Shown: positions 53,307-63,940, numbered from the stretch's first letter. The stretch: 64,000 bases of DNA from Candidatus Parcubacteria bacterium (GCA_002869165.1 PKTK01000013.1:50124-114123), one strand, 5' to 3'. The notes: generated from the letters alone by a model not told the origin. Program-made: numbers and translations.

Positions 53307-53504
53307 ATTTTTAAAACAATAAATAATAATAACTATAGTATAGCCCTAAAAATAGATAAATTCAAGTTATTACCCTAAAAATAGCCAAAAACTAGTCTAT
53401 ATCATTGACAAAAATACATAAATATGCTATTATATAAGAGAGTGAAAGATACACTTTTTAAAAATGACATTTAAATACAATAAAAATAGAAGGAGATAAT
53501 TATT

Positions 53505-53705
53505 ATGAATGAAAATGGAATGGCAGTAAAATGTGAAAAAAGCGAAAACATTTATTCCCAATGGGGATGGTTGAAAATTTTTCGCCGCTATGTAACAACA
53601 AAAGTTATTTGCGGTAACTGCGGTAAAGTTTTCGCTTCAGACAAATCAAAAAAAGAAATGTATGTGATTTGCCCCGGTTGTAAAATCAGCAACAAAATCC
53701 AATAG
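53505..53705 (+). CDS. Small zinc-ribbon protein
   Basis: Contains CGNCGK...CPGCK (two CxxC pairs). An AGGAG Shine-Dalgarno sequence and a TTGACA-17-TATTAT promoter (53406-53434) lie upstream. Confidence 0.45.
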   Translation: MNENGMAVKCEKSENIYSQWGWLKIFRRYVTTKVICGNCGKVFASDKSKKEMYVICPGCKISNKIQ

Positions 53706-53714
53706 AGGTAAGAT

Positions 53715-54116
53715 ATGTCTGATATAAATAAAGTTAGTGATGAAATTATGATTTGTCATGTATGCGACGAGTTGCACTTCCTTACATTTAAACCAGGTGA
53801 AACAGCTAAAAAGCTTAAGTGTCATGGAATAACAATGTATGCACGGAGAGGAAGTGAAACTCTCCAGTTCCATTATCAAGAAATAATCAGCAAAAAGAAC
53901 ATGGTTTTCGGAAGGTGGAATGACTACAAAATGATCAAAGTAGAGTTTGCTGAAGAGGATCGTGCTGCCGGAGGAAAGGTTGTTTATATTGACAACCAGC
54001 CCTACTGGGCTGCGTTCAACAAGTCGATACGCCTGATATCGACTCTCAAAAGCGCTGGAAAATCTGATCCAAGAGGCAATCTCAAATCCCTGGATCAACA
54101 AACTTCCTTTTGCTGA
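53715..54116 (+). CDS. Hypothetical protein with an N-terminal CxxC...CH motif
   Basis: It starts 9 nt after the previous stop codon. It contains CHVCDE..KCHG. A 60-nt sample is about 47% G+C. A terminator lies at about 54124-54159. Confidence 0.45.
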   Translation: MSDINKVSDEIMICHVCDELHFLTFKPGETAKKLKCHGITMYARRGSETLQFHYQEIISKKNMVFGRWNDYKMIKVEFAEEDRAAGGKVVYIDNQPYWAAFNKSIRLISTLKSAGKSDPRGNLKSLDQQTSFC

Positions 54117-54280
54117 TTCTTCAAACCGCAGTAAGATATATATCCTACTGCGGTTTTTAAATAACAATTAAAATCAAAAAACATACTTTCAAACATTTAA
54201 AATACCTGAATTTACATTATCTAAGCTAAAACATTGACTAAATTGAAAAAATATCTAATAATACATATAAATAAAGATAT

Positions 54281-55114
54281 ATGAATTTTTTACATACATT
54301 TACACCAAATTCAGTTCTAATCTCATTTGGGCCATTTACCATTTACTTTTATGGCTTTTTTATTGTTTGTGGAATATTACTTGGATCTACCATTGTTTTA
54401 AAACTGGCCGAAAAATACCATATAGAAAAAAATACTATTATTGATATGGCTTTTTGGGTAATTATTGTCTCAATTGCTGGTGGTCGTTTATATCATATAT
54501 TTCTAGAACTTCCTTATTATCTTGAGCATCCTTTGCAAACCGTTATGATCTGGCGTGGGGGCCTAGCCATTCATGGAGCTATAATTGCTGGATTTTTTAC
54601 TACCTATTTTTTGGCTAAAAAAAACCAGGTCAATCCCATACAACTACTAGCAATGTTTGCTCCAGCCTTGGCTTTGGGACAGGCTCTGGGGAGATGGGGA
54701 AATTATTTCAATCAAGAACTTTTTGGTTTGCCAACTAACCTACCTTGGGGTATCCCAATTGAATACCAAAAAAGAGTAGCTGGTTTTGAATTTTATGAAT
54801 ATTTTCACACTACTTTTTTGTATGAATCTATTGGTAGTGTTTTCATAGTAATATTTCTATTATATTTACATAGAGTATTTATTAAAAACAAAATTGATAA
54901 ATACGAAATAATCGTTGCCTTTTACTTGTTATTATATTCTATACTGAGATTTAGCCTTGAGTTTGTTCGAATCGACAAAACACCTGAACTTTTAGGTCTG
55001 CGCTTTCCGCAAATTGCCAGTATTATTTTAGCAATCATTTCTTTATACGTAATTTTTAAGAATAAAAAAACACTTTGCTCTTTAATCAAAACCAAGGAGA
55101 GAAAAAATGCCTGA
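54281..55114 (+). CDS. lgt: Prolipoprotein diacylglyceryl transferase
   Basis: Contains GRLYHIF, WRGGLAIHGA and GRWGNYFNQELFG. Confidence 0.9.
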   Translation: MNFLHTFTPNSVLISFGPFTIYFYGFFIVCGILLGSTIVLKLAEKYHIEKNTIIDMAFWVIIVSIAGGRLYHIFLELPYYLEHPLQTVMIWRGGLAIHGAIIAGFFTTYFLAKKNQVNPIQLLAMFAPALALGQALGRWGNYFNQELFGLPTNLPWGIPIEYQKRVAGFEFYEYFHTTFLYESIGSVFIVIFLLYLHRVFIKNKIDKYEIIVAFYLLLYSILRFSLEFVRIDKTPELLGLRFPQIASIILAIISLYVIFKNKKTLCSLIKTKERKNA

Positions 55115-55367
55115 TTATGACTACCTGGTTGAGTATGTTGACAATTCCAGCCTACCCTCTTCAATGCCTCACTCTTACCCGTTTTCCTTTTCTGCCTCAG
55201 AGGATTTAGATCCTGACGAAACGGCTAAACACATCATTGAAGAATTTTTTAGAGTCGAAGGCAAGCTTACTTCTGATAACTGTGGAAAATTTGGAATTAT
55301 AAATCTCTACAGAGTTGAAGAAAAGCTGAATAAAGTTTTTCCAAACAATGACCAATCAACAAACTAG
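55107..55367 (+). CDS. Hypothetical acidic protein
   Basis: An AAGGAG Shine-Dalgarno sequence lies inside the lgt 3' end, giving an 8-nt overlap. A terminator lies at about 55374-55401. Confidence 0.4.
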   Translation: MPDYDYLVEYVDNSSLPSSMPHSYPFSFSASEDLDPDETAKHIIEEFFRVEGKLTSDNCGKFGIINLYRVEEKLNKVFPNNDQSTN

Positions 55368-55489
55368 AGTAAAAAGCCCTGTAAAATTCAGGGCTTTTTT
55401 ATTACAAAGGGGACTTGCCAAAAACAAAAAAACATGTTAGTATTTTCTAGTAACTCTCACACCTATTTTATTAAATATATTAGTAGAAT

Positions 55490-55759
55490 ATGCCAAATAT
55501 CAAATCAGCAAAAAAAGAGCTAAGAAAAAGTAAAAAAAAGGCTCTAGAAAATAAAAAAGTAAAGGATAGCATGAAGTCTTTTATCAAAAAGACCACGAAA
55601 GCAATTGAGGCTAAAGACAAAAACGCCAAAGAACTTTTAGATAAAACTCTAAAAACTATTGATAAAGCTGCCCAAAAAGGCATTATCAAAAAAAATACTA
55701 GAGACAGAAAAAAGTCTAGACTTCATACCAAATACAACAAATCAGAGGCCAAGGCCTAA
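55490..55759 (+). CDS. rpsT: 30S ribosomal protein S20
   Basis: MPNIKSAKKELRKSKKKALENKKVK... is a basic helical protein typical of S20. Confidence 0.85.
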   Translation: MPNIKSAKKELRKSKKKALENKKVKDSMKSFIKKTTKAIEAKDKNAKELLDKTLKTIDKAAQKGIIKKNTRDRKKSRLHTKYNKSEAKA

Positions 55760-55930
55760 AACAAAAAACTGTAATACCTGTTTTTATTTTTCGTATTACA
55801 GTTTTTTGTTTGCTCACATTTTCATTAATGCGAGCTATTAGCTCTTTGATTCCCTTGCTCTTTTTTTAAAATATTAATTGCAATTATAATACAAAAGCCT
55901 CATCGAATAAATATGATTGAGGCTTTTGTA

Positions 55931-56914
55931 TTATAATTTCATAAATAATAGATCAATAGTGATTTTAAAATCACTTTGGCCGGTTTTTAATTCTTTATCC
56001 AATTTAAGTAATTTAGAAAAGATTATTTTAAGTTTTTGCTCTGTGAAATTACCAGCTTGTTGAATGCTCTTTTGCACTACATAAGGATGCAATTTAAGCT
56101 CAGTAGATATTTTTCTTTGACTGAGCCCGTCATCAAGTGCTCTTCTGACTTGAATAAGAATACGAAACTGTCTTGTTATCATGTGCATCAAATAAGTAGG
56201 CGCTACTCCAGCTTCAAGTTCATTTTCTAGTAACATCACTGCTTGGCTTTTGTTTTTGTTAGCAATCGCATCCGAAAAAGCAAAAATATTTTCATCCACA
56301 TTCCCTCTACACATAAGTTCTATATCATCATCCTTTATTTCTGTTACGGAGTCTAGTAGCTTTGATACTTTGGCATTTTTATAGTTGATTAACTTATTTA
56401 ACTCACTATCCAGCTTCCACAGATCACTACCAAATAAAGCAGTAAGTTTTAGACTAGCGTTCCTGCTTATATGTGCCTGCTTATTTTTTGCTCGTTCAAC
56501 CACCCAAGCACTAGCCGCAGTGGCACTGAGTAATTCAAATTCCTGAACAAACTTCTGACTACTTAAATATTTCCACAACACACTACGTTTATCAATATTT
56601 CCTGAATGTATGATAACAAATATATTTGAATTCTCATCTTGTTTTTTTTCTTGTTCTTCAAAATAAGTTTTGAGCTCTTTTAAAATTTCCTTATTTTTAT
56701 TTTCAAAAATATTTTCAATTATTATCAGTCTTTTTTTAGAAAATAAAGAACCCGCTCCGCTAGCTTCATTTATCTCGTTTATATCCGCTTTTTCACCATC
56801 AATAAACATAATAGCAGAACCAGTTTTATCAACCTCTCGCTCGAATTTGTTCTTTATTTCATTTAGTTTTTCCTTACACCTAAATGTATCTTGTCCGTGT
56901 ATAAAAAATAACAT
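55931..56914 (-). CDS. holA: DNA polymerase III delta subunit
   Basis: It has the length and pattern of HolA: FIHGQD.F....L..I.......D......F.G......EI......GSLFS.KRLIII.N. It lies 1 nt downstream of murD. Confidence 0.75.
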   Translation of the reverse strand: MLFFIHGQDTFRCKEKLNEIKNKFEREVDKTGSAIMFIDGEKADINEINEASGAGSLFSKKRLIIIENIFENKNKEILKELKTYFEEQEKKQDENSNIFVIIHSGNIDKRSVLWKYLSSQKFVQEFELLSATAASAWVVERAKNKQAHISRNASLKLTALFGSDLWKLDSELNKLINYKNAKVSKLLDSVTEIKDDDIELMCRGNVDENIFAFSDAIANKNKSQAVMLLENELEAGVAPTYLMHMITRQFRILIQVRRALDDGLSQRKISTELKLHPYVVQKSIQQAGNFTEQKLKIIFSKLLKLDKELKTGQSDFKITIDLLFMKL

Positions 56915-56915
56915 C

Positions 56916-58262
56916 TTACAATTTTTTTACTTCTTCTTGAAACTTATCTCCTCGTTCTTTATAGTTATTAAACATTCCAAAACTAGCACAAGCAGTAGAC
57001 AAAAGTACTACAAAACCTGCTTTTGAAATAGCTTGGGCTTTTTTCACAGCTTCAGTCATAGACTTTACTTTATAAATCTTGTGAGACGGGAAACCAGCCG
57101 ACAAAAGCTCCTGGTTGATGTGTGGACTTGCTTCTCCTAATAATAAAATTACTGAATCAACATTTTTCTTGGCTGTTTCTTTACCTAAATTTTTAAAACT
57201 TGATCCCTTGTCTGCTCCACCAAGAATTAATATTATAGGCTCTACAAAACAATTTATATCATTAATAGTAGCTACGGGAGTTGTAGCAAAACTATTGTCA
57301 TAATATTTTACACCTGCCACCTCTTTTACGTACTCGATTCTATGAGGAAGACCGTGAAAATTTGCCACTGCTTTTTTGGTCAGACTTGGTTTGATCTTCA
57401 AAATTTTTGCTACTTCTGTAGCTGCGCCAATATTTTCCTTATTGTAAGCCCCGATTAATTTTGAACTATACTCAGATTTGGAAAAATATATTCGTTTAGC
57501 ATTACCTAATTTATTCTCTTTACCTCGATAGAAAAATGGCGCCTTATCCTTTAAATTTTCATTTATTACTGCCCAATCGCCTTTTACTTGATGTCTTAGA
57601 ATAGTTAATTTAGCTCTAGCGTAATCATCGATTGATTTATGATAATTAGGATTCATTGGATCAGCTGGACGTAAATGCTCTTCGGTAATATTGGTTATAA
57701 CTGCTATGTGTGGAGAGTTCTCTAAATCCTCCAACTGAAAACTGGAAAGCTCAAGCACCACCCAACTATCTTCTCTAATCTCATCTATAAATGAAAATGG
57801 TGCCACGCCAATATTTCCACCTAATAAAACAGGAATTTCTGCTTGTTCTAATATATTAGCAATTAACGACGAAGTAGTTCCCTTGCCCTTTGAGCCAGTC
57901 ACTCCGATCGTATTCTTGCTTGGACAAAGTTCAAAAAATAATTTCATTGCTGAACTAATAATCACCCCTGCTTCTTTTGCTTGAACTAAGTTTTCTTTAA
58001 AAAGTGGAAAGCCTGGAGAACGGAAAATAATATCATAGGTAGAAAAATTATTTTCATCACTCTGTTTGATTAGTTTATACTTTTCGTTTTTCTCAAGGTT
58101 TTTTATTCTACCATTTAATTCTTTTTCTGGGCGCATATCAAAAATATCAATTCTAGCCTCTAAGCCTTGTTTTTCAAAATATTCAAGCATAGCCAAATTC
58201 TCAATCCCAAGCCCCAGAATCGCTATTTTTTTCTTATTTAATTTGGCTAATATTTCATTCAT
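56916..58262 (-). CDS. murD: UDP-N-acetylmuramoyl-L-alanine--D-glutamate ligase
   Basis: Contains IAILGLGIEN, the P-loop GVTGSKGKGTT, and GLPHRIE. Confidence 0.9.
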   Translation of the reverse strand: MNEILAKLNKKKIAILGLGIENLAMLEYFEKQGLEARIDIFDMRPEKELNGRIKNLEKNEKYKLIKQSDENNFSTYDIIFRSPGFPLFKENLVQAKEAGVIISSAMKLFFELCPSKNTIGVTGSKGKGTTSSLIANILEQAEIPVLLGGNIGVAPFSFIDEIREDSWVVLELSSFQLEDLENSPHIAVITNITEEHLRPADPMNPNYHKSIDDYARAKLTILRHQVKGDWAVINENLKDKAPFFYRGKENKLGNAKRIYFSKSEYSSKLIGAYNKENIGAATEVAKILKIKPSLTKKAVANFHGLPHRIEYVKEVAGVKYYDNSFATTPVATINDINCFVEPIILILGGADKGSSFKNLGKETAKKNVDSVILLLGEASPHINQELLSAGFPSHKIYKVKSMTEAVKKAQAISKAGFVVLLSTACASFGMFNNYKERGDKFQEEVKKL

Positions 58263-58296
58263 AAATATTTATAAATACATAAAATTTTATTTAAAA

Positions 58297-61095
58297 TTAG
58301 CTAAAATCCTCCATTTCATTCCAGTTTTTACCGATTTTCACATCAACTTTCATTTCTACATCTAATGCAACTATATTTTCCATTATTTTTTTAATTTTGG
58401 CAATACATTCCTTTTCCTTGTTCTTTTTTATCTCAAACACCAATTCATCATGTACTTGAAGTAACATTTTGGCATTTTCTCCAAAATCCTCTTCTGAAAC
58501 TTTTATCATAGCCATTTTTATAATATCAGCAGCCGTTCCCTGAAGCGGTGTATTAATCGCTACTCTCTCCGCTGCTTTTTTTACCATGACTACACTAGAA
58601 TTTATATCAGGAAGATTTCTTACTCGACCAAACATAGTCTTGATATACCCATGCTCACGAGCAAAATCAATATTTGAATCCAAATATTTTTTAACCCCAG
58701 AATAAACAGTAAAATATTGATCAATGAATTGCCTAGCTTCAAAATACGAAATATCTGCTGTTTGTGACAAGCCATGTGGACCCTGACCGTAAAGAATTCC
58801 AAAATTTATTGCCTTGGCCTCTCTTCTTTTATTTTTATCTACTTCATCAATTGGGATATCATTTATATTAGCTGCTGTTGAGGCATGAATATCTTCTCCA
58901 TTTTTAAATGCAGCAATCATTTTTTTATCTCCTGACATATGAGCAGCTAATCTAAGCTCGATCTGTGAATAATCAAGTGACACAAGAGAATAGCCACGTT
59001 TAGCTACAAATGCTTTTCTTACTAATCTGCCTAGTTCGGTTCGAATTGGAATATTTTGAAGATTCGGATCTGTACTTGAAAGTCTGCCAGTAGCGGCAAT
59101 AGTTTGATTAAAACTAGTATGAATACGCTTAGTTTTTTTGTTTACCAGCTTAGGCAAGGCTTCAATATATGTACTCTGAAGTTTAGTAAGCTCTCGATAT
59201 TCCTGAATAAACTTAATGACTTTATGCTTGTCTTTGATTTTTTCTAATTCATCAAATGCAGTTGAAAAGCCAGTTTTGTTTTTCTTGATCCCTGCTGTAG
59301 AAATTCCCAAGTCTTCAAAAAGCACTTGAGATAATTGCTGAGTTGATTTAATATTAAACTCTTTATTTGCAAGCTCGAATATTTTCTTTTCATGTTTGTT
59401 AATATTGGTTTGCACCTTTTTCTGAAGATCTTTCAAAAAACCTGTATCAAGTTCTATGCCCTCATTCTCCATCTTAGCTAAAACCAAAATCAAAGGAACT
59501 TCTATTTCTTCAAATATCTTATCAAGTCCTTCCTCTTTTAATCTTGGTTTGAGTTTCTGATATAAACGTTCAGTAAAATCAGCATCTTCACAGCTATATA
59601 TATACATTCTCTCTGTTTCAACCTGAGAAAAAACTAGTTTGTTTTTGCCCGTGCCTAGCAAATCGTCTTTGTTAATCTTTTCGAAAGCAAATTCTGTAAA
59701 AGTCATAGCATCCAAGCTATTTTGTCTAGCGCCTGGATTGAGTAAATATCCTGCAATCATTGTATCAAATTCAAGTCCTTTAAGCTCAATATTATTAGCT
59801 GCTAAAACCTTGATATCAAATTTGGCATTGTGAGCATTTTTTTTGATTTTTTCATCTTTAAAAATTGGTGCTAATCTAGTTAGCCAGGGATGAGTTTGTA
59901 GTTTTTTAGTATCATCCGCAAAATCAAATAAATTGCCTTGTTCTTGGGTTGGAACTTTTTCCTCGAGCTTGTTTTTGAAATTTAAATAATATGCCTCACC
60001 CTCATTCCAAGAAAATGAAATACCAAGTAAGCTACATGTAAAAAAATCAAAGCCAGTGGTTTCAGTGTCAAAGGAAAAATGTTTTTGTTTTTTAAGTTTT
60101 GTAAAAAATTTTTCAAAAGCCTTATCGTCATCAATTAAAACATATTTAAAATCTTTTTTGTTGCGTTCAAATTTATTTATCTTTTCACTAACATCAAGTC
60201 TCTCATCCGCTTTGCCAAAAAGCTCATGTGCTCGTGTTAGTAAAGACCTGAATTCATATTTAGAAAGAGTAGAAATAATTTTTTCTTTATCAAAATCATG
60301 AATCTGAGCTTTTTTTATATCAAAATCAAGCGGAACATCACATTTGATAGTTGCTAGATCTTGCGATATATAAGCCTCTTTTTTGTGTTCAAGTAATAAA
60401 TTTCGAATTCGATCTTTTATCTTGTCTGAATTTATATTTTTATAAACTCCATCCAAATCCTTGAAATTAATAAGCAAATCAGTAGCTGTTTTTTCACCTA
60501 CTCCTTTGACACCTGGAATATTATCTGATGGATCGCCTCGCAAGGCTTTGTAATCAATTACTTGATCAGGAGAAAAAGAATATTTTTCCTTAACCTTCTT
60601 AGTGTCATAAATCACTGAGTCTGACATGCCCCTACTCATGGTATAGACATGAGTATGAGAATTTACCAGTTGCAAAGTATCCATATCACCGGTCACCACA
60701 ACTTTTTCGATATCTTCGGGTACCAATTTAGTAATCGTACCAATTAAATCATCTGCCTCGAAACCATCCTGTTCAAAAATTGGAATATTAAAAGCCTTTA
60801 CTATTTCCTTAACTGCCGGAATTTGCATATACAGTTCATCTGGAGCTTTGGTTCTAGTAGCTTTGTATTCCTTATATTTTTTATGCCTAAAAGTAGGCCC
60901 CTTCTTATCAAATGTTACCACTATATAATCAGGTTTCAAATCCTTGATAGAACGAAGCAAAACTGAAGTAAAGCCAAAAACAGCATTTACAGGACTTCCG
61001 TCTTTAGTAGTCATAGTTGGAGGTAAAGCATGAAATGACCTATGGATTAGGGCATTTCCATCAATTATGGCTAATTTTTCTTTTTTCTTTGTCAT
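58297..61095 (-). CDS. polA: DNA polymerase I (5'-nuclease, 3'-5' exonuclease-like and polymerase domains)
   Basis: Contains LAIIDGNALIHRSFHA, GVKGVGEKTA, FSFDTETTG, DYSQIELR, RREAKAINFGILYG and QVHDELVFE. Confidence 0.95.
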   Translation of the reverse strand: MTKKKEKLAIIDGNALIHRSFHALPPTMTTKDGSPVNAVFGFTSVLLRSIKDLKPDYIVVTFDKKGPTFRHKKYKEYKATRTKAPDELYMQIPAVKEIVKAFNIPIFEQDGFEADDLIGTITKLVPEDIEKVVVTGDMDTLQLVNSHTHVYTMSRGMSDSVIYDTKKVKEKYSFSPDQVIDYKALRGDPSDNIPGVKGVGEKTATDLLINFKDLDGVYKNINSDKIKDRIRNLLLEHKKEAYISQDLATIKCDVPLDFDIKKAQIHDFDKEKIISTLSKYEFRSLLTRAHELFGKADERLDVSEKINKFERNKKDFKYVLIDDDKAFEKFFTKLKKQKHFSFDTETTGFDFFTCSLLGISFSWNEGEAYYLNFKNKLEEKVPTQEQGNLFDFADDTKKLQTHPWLTRLAPIFKDEKIKKNAHNAKFDIKVLAANNIELKGLEFDTMIAGYLLNPGARQNSLDAMTFTEFAFEKINKDDLLGTGKNKLVFSQVETERMYIYSCEDADFTERLYQKLKPRLKEEGLDKIFEEIEVPLILVLAKMENEGIELDTGFLKDLQKKVQTNINKHEKKIFELANKEFNIKSTQQLSQVLFEDLGISTAGIKKNKTGFSTAFDELEKIKDKHKVIKFIQEYRELTKLQSTYIEALPKLVNKKTKRIHTSFNQTIAATGRLSSTDPNLQNIPIRTELGRLVRKAFVAKRGYSLVSLDYSQIELRLAAHMSGDKKMIAAFKNGEDIHASTAANINDIPIDEVDKNKRREAKAINFGILYGQGPHGLSQTADISYFEARQFIDQYFTVYSGVKKYLDSNIDFAREHGYIKTMFGRVRNLPDINSSVVMVKKAAERVAINTPLQGTAADIIKMAMIKVSEEDFGENAKMLLQVHDELVFEIKKNKEKECIAKIKKIMENIVALDVEMKVDVKIGKNWNEMEDFS

Positions 61096-61195
61096 GCTTA
61101 TATTACATCATATTGGCTGTTTTTAAGCAAATTGACTCATTCTTTTTGTTATTATAAAATTCATATAAGAAATATTAATAAAAATGGAGGGGAAA

Positions 61196-61540
61196 ATGGC
61201 AAAACAACCAATCAGCACAGAACTTGGTGAGCTTAATTTAAATTGTGATATAAGGGCAATTGACGACTACGGAAGAGAAATTATAATTGAATCTAAAAAA
61301 GCTCTAAGAGTTTTTGGCGCTAGAGATGTTTCAAAGTTTGGAACTGTACTTTTAGCTAAAGTTAAAAATAACTGCATTGCTATTGGTTGTCCAATTTTTA
61401 TTCGCTCAAACAACAAAGAAATCCAAGATGAAATTGCCAGTCTAGAAATTGAAAGAGAAAGAATAAACATTGCTCTAGCTAATGAAAAAGTTGGTATTTG
61501 TCTGCGAAACACTGACATTTATTACCTGCAAAATCTCTAA
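61196..61540 (+). CDS. Hypothetical protein
   Basis: A GGAGGGG Shine-Dalgarno sequence precedes the ATG at 61196. A terminator-like hairpin GGTCAACT..AGTTGACC follows. Confidence 0.4.
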   Translation: MAKQPISTELGELNLNCDIRAIDDYGREIIIESKKALRVFGARDVSKFGTVLLAKVKNNCIAIGCPIFIRSNNKEIQDEIASLEIERERINIALANEKVGICLRNTDIYYLQNL

Positions 61541-61593
61541 ATCAAAAAAGGTCAACTCTAAAAAGTTGACCTCTTTTTTATATTTTGGTGCTA

Positions 61594-62568
61594 CTATATT
61601 TTTTTTACAAAATCCTTCATAAATTTCAAATATTTCTTAGCAAGTTCGGCTTTTTTACTATCTGCTTCGCCTAATTTAAACAAAGTCGGAATTGACACAA
61701 GCCCACCATACAAAAGATAGAAATTTTCATTATCCTTGTTTAATTTAAAATTAGAAATATTCTCAAAAGTTCTTTTAAGCTCTTCGTAATTTGCTTTACC
61801 CGACAAAGCCAGTATATCTATCGCACATCGATAAAAATTTAAATTCATATCAGCTACAACCCATTCTTTTTTGGGCATATAGGAGTCAATGATCAATAAT
61901 TGCCCATCAGTATAAATTAGATTTTCTAAATGAATATCCAAACAAGGGCCAAAAGCCTGATTTTTATGAATAGTTTTTGCGTACACCTTGTATAATTCTT
62001 CAAATTTCTTTTTGAATGAACTTAAGGTTTTACCTTTTACATGTTCGGGCACTGAAGATATCCAATCCAAAGTGGTTTGTCTTCTGACTTCCATAGCCTC
62101 AGCAAAACTAAGCTCTGCCTGAACCTCAGGTAAACGATTTAATTGAATAGCCAATTGGCTACCAATATCTCCTGCTTTACTTTCATCAATTTTATCATTA
62201 TAAAGAAGTGCGGCTAGACCGTTCTCGGTGTCAATCTTGTTCATTACCACTACCAATTCTTCAGCGATTTCATGATTTACAAAAACGATCTCACCGTCTT
62301 TGAGTTTGCACCCAAACAAATCAGTGTAAACATTTGGAGTAAAAAAATTATTCCAATCAAAATCTCTTTTGGAAAAATCAAAACGATTATCTTTCTTAGA
62401 AAGATCAAAAAATAACTCATTAAAAAATTCACAATCATCCTTGTAAATTTTATAAACTTGGGTTTCAAAAATAAAAACATTGGAAATAGTTGTTTCTACG
62501 TGCTTTGGCTTAGATTTTTCACTTTCCAATTTTCCATCTTTAAAAGCCTTAATTAATTCTTTTTGCAT
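61594..62568 (-). CDS. Kinase-like (aminoglycoside/choline-kinase fold) protein, tentative
   Basis: LDIHLENLIYTDGQLLIIDSY resembles the H-x-D-x4-N ... IDf catalytic and metal loops of APH-fold kinases. The rest is unrecognised. Confidence 0.35.
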   Translation of the reverse strand: MQKELIKAFKDGKLESEKSKPKHVETTISNVFIFETQVYKIYKDDCEFFNELFFDLSKKDNRFDFSKRDFDWNNFFTPNVYTDLFGCKLKDGEIVFVNHEIAEELVVVMNKIDTENGLAALLYNDKIDESKAGDIGSQLAIQLNRLPEVQAELSFAEAMEVRRQTTLDWISSVPEHVKGKTLSSFKKKFEELYKVYAKTIHKNQAFGPCLDIHLENLIYTDGQLLIIDSYMPKKEWVVADMNLNFYRCAIDILALSGKANYEELKRTFENISNFKLNKDNENFYLLYGGLVSIPTLFKLGEADSKKAELAKKYLKFMKDFVKKI

Positions 62569-62569
62569 A

Positions 62570-63307
62570 TTAAAAATTTATTTCTCTTGTATCACGATCA
62601 AAAACCACTTGTCTTTTTTCTCCCCGAAAACTCACAGTCATTGGCACTTTACTCTTGTCGAGTGAGTATTCAAAATCAATATCAACGTCTTCTACATAAT
62701 CTAAAATATTATCCTTAGTAATTTCCAAATCAAATATCTCAAACACCAAAGGACTAATCACTTCAAAATGACTAGCAGCAAAAACATGTGGAATTTTATT
62801 AGTTAAATTCTTATCAAATGACCTAATCAAAAACTCTATAGCTCTGGATGCTCTTTTTCTTACATTGCTTTGTGGTTCAACTACATCTGGTCTGTTTTCA
62901 AATCTTTCATCCTCTTTTACTATTTTAGCAAAATTTTCTGGATTTTGATAATTATTGCTAATTTCTACAAACCACTCTTTGACCAACTCCTTATTATTCA
63001 AGTCAAACGCTCTAATAGAGTCACTAAAATGCGTTTCTTTGCCTTCACCAAATGAATCTTTGACTTGATCTAGGGTAGCTTCAGCTCTTGGTCTGGGAGA
63101 AGAAACAAAGAATAATTCCTCTTCACCCTTGGAACTTTTATGCTTTTCGGTGATTTCTTTGGCTCTTTTTTGAGCTAATTCCATGCCCTCATCAGTCAAA
63201 TCTGGATATTTTTCTGTATATTTAGTCTTAGAATGCCGTAAAACAGTAAGTCGTCCGAGCAGTACCCGAGGATTCTCCTTTTTTTCAAAACTTATTTGTT
63301 CTTTCAT
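62570..63307 (-). CDS. Histidine phosphatase superfamily (phosphoglycerate-mutase-like) protein
   Basis: The N-terminal LTVLRHSKT matches the RHG-type motif. The later FAASHFEVI supplies the second His. It lies 1 nt upstream of the kinase-like gene. Confidence 0.55.
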   Translation of the reverse strand: MKEQISFEKKENPRVLLGRLTVLRHSKTKYTEKYPDLTDEGMELAQKRAKEITEKHKSSKGEEELFFVSSPRPRAEATLDQVKDSFGEGKETHFSDSIRAFDLNNKELVKEWFVEISNNYQNPENFAKIVKEDERFENRPDVVEPQSNVRKRASRAIEFLIRSFDKNLTNKIPHVFAASHFEVISPLVFEIFDLEITKDNILDYVEDVDIDFEYSLDKSKVPMTVSFRGEKRQVVFDRDTREINF

Positions 63308-63565
63308 ACTTTAATTGTAGAGAAATATTAGAAATTAGGCAAATAAAAAAATACCTAATTTAAAATAGGTATTTTTGTACATTTTTTTATATTTTTTAAT
63401 TATTATAATTCCATTATAACAAAAATCGCCATTTCTGACGATTTTAAATTTGCATATTTATAGTGCATGTTACTCTGAATAAACCAAATATGACAAATAA
63501 ACAATAAAAAGATATAATAAAATAAGAAAATTATATTCAATGCTAAAATAATTATAAAGCAATAT

Positions 63566-63940
63566 ATGATTAAAAAAAATTCCGATTATATTTTAATTTT
63601 AGTAAACTTAGCTCCAGTTTCCTGGGCATTATACAAAATTGTTTTGTCTGTCAAAATCACATTATTTGCCATAGTATTTTTTATCATATTTTCAATTATC
63701 TTTGCCCTCTTCATAAAAGCAGACCATGATCCAAAACTTTACAAAGCAAAAAACTGGGAAAAGGTATACCTCTCACTTTTTGTGATTCTGATAATACTAA
63801 ATAGCAATTATATCCAAGAACAATTCATTCATCAAAACTTCAAAGACTGGCTAATGATCTTCAACTCCTTCTTCATCACTATCGGTATGTATGTTCTATT
63901 TTTAAGAACAGGAGATACTCTAACTAAAAGAATTAAGTAG
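63566..63940 (+). CDS. Hypothetical four-TM membrane protein
   Basis: The hydrophobic helices span the ORF. I recognised no family. Confidence 0.4.
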   Translation: MIKKNSDYILILVNLAPVSWALYKIVLSVKITLFAIVFFIIFSIIFALFIKADHDPKLYKAKNWEKVYLSLFVILIILNSNYIQEQFIHQNFKDWLMIFNSFFITIGMYVLFLRTGDTLTKRIK

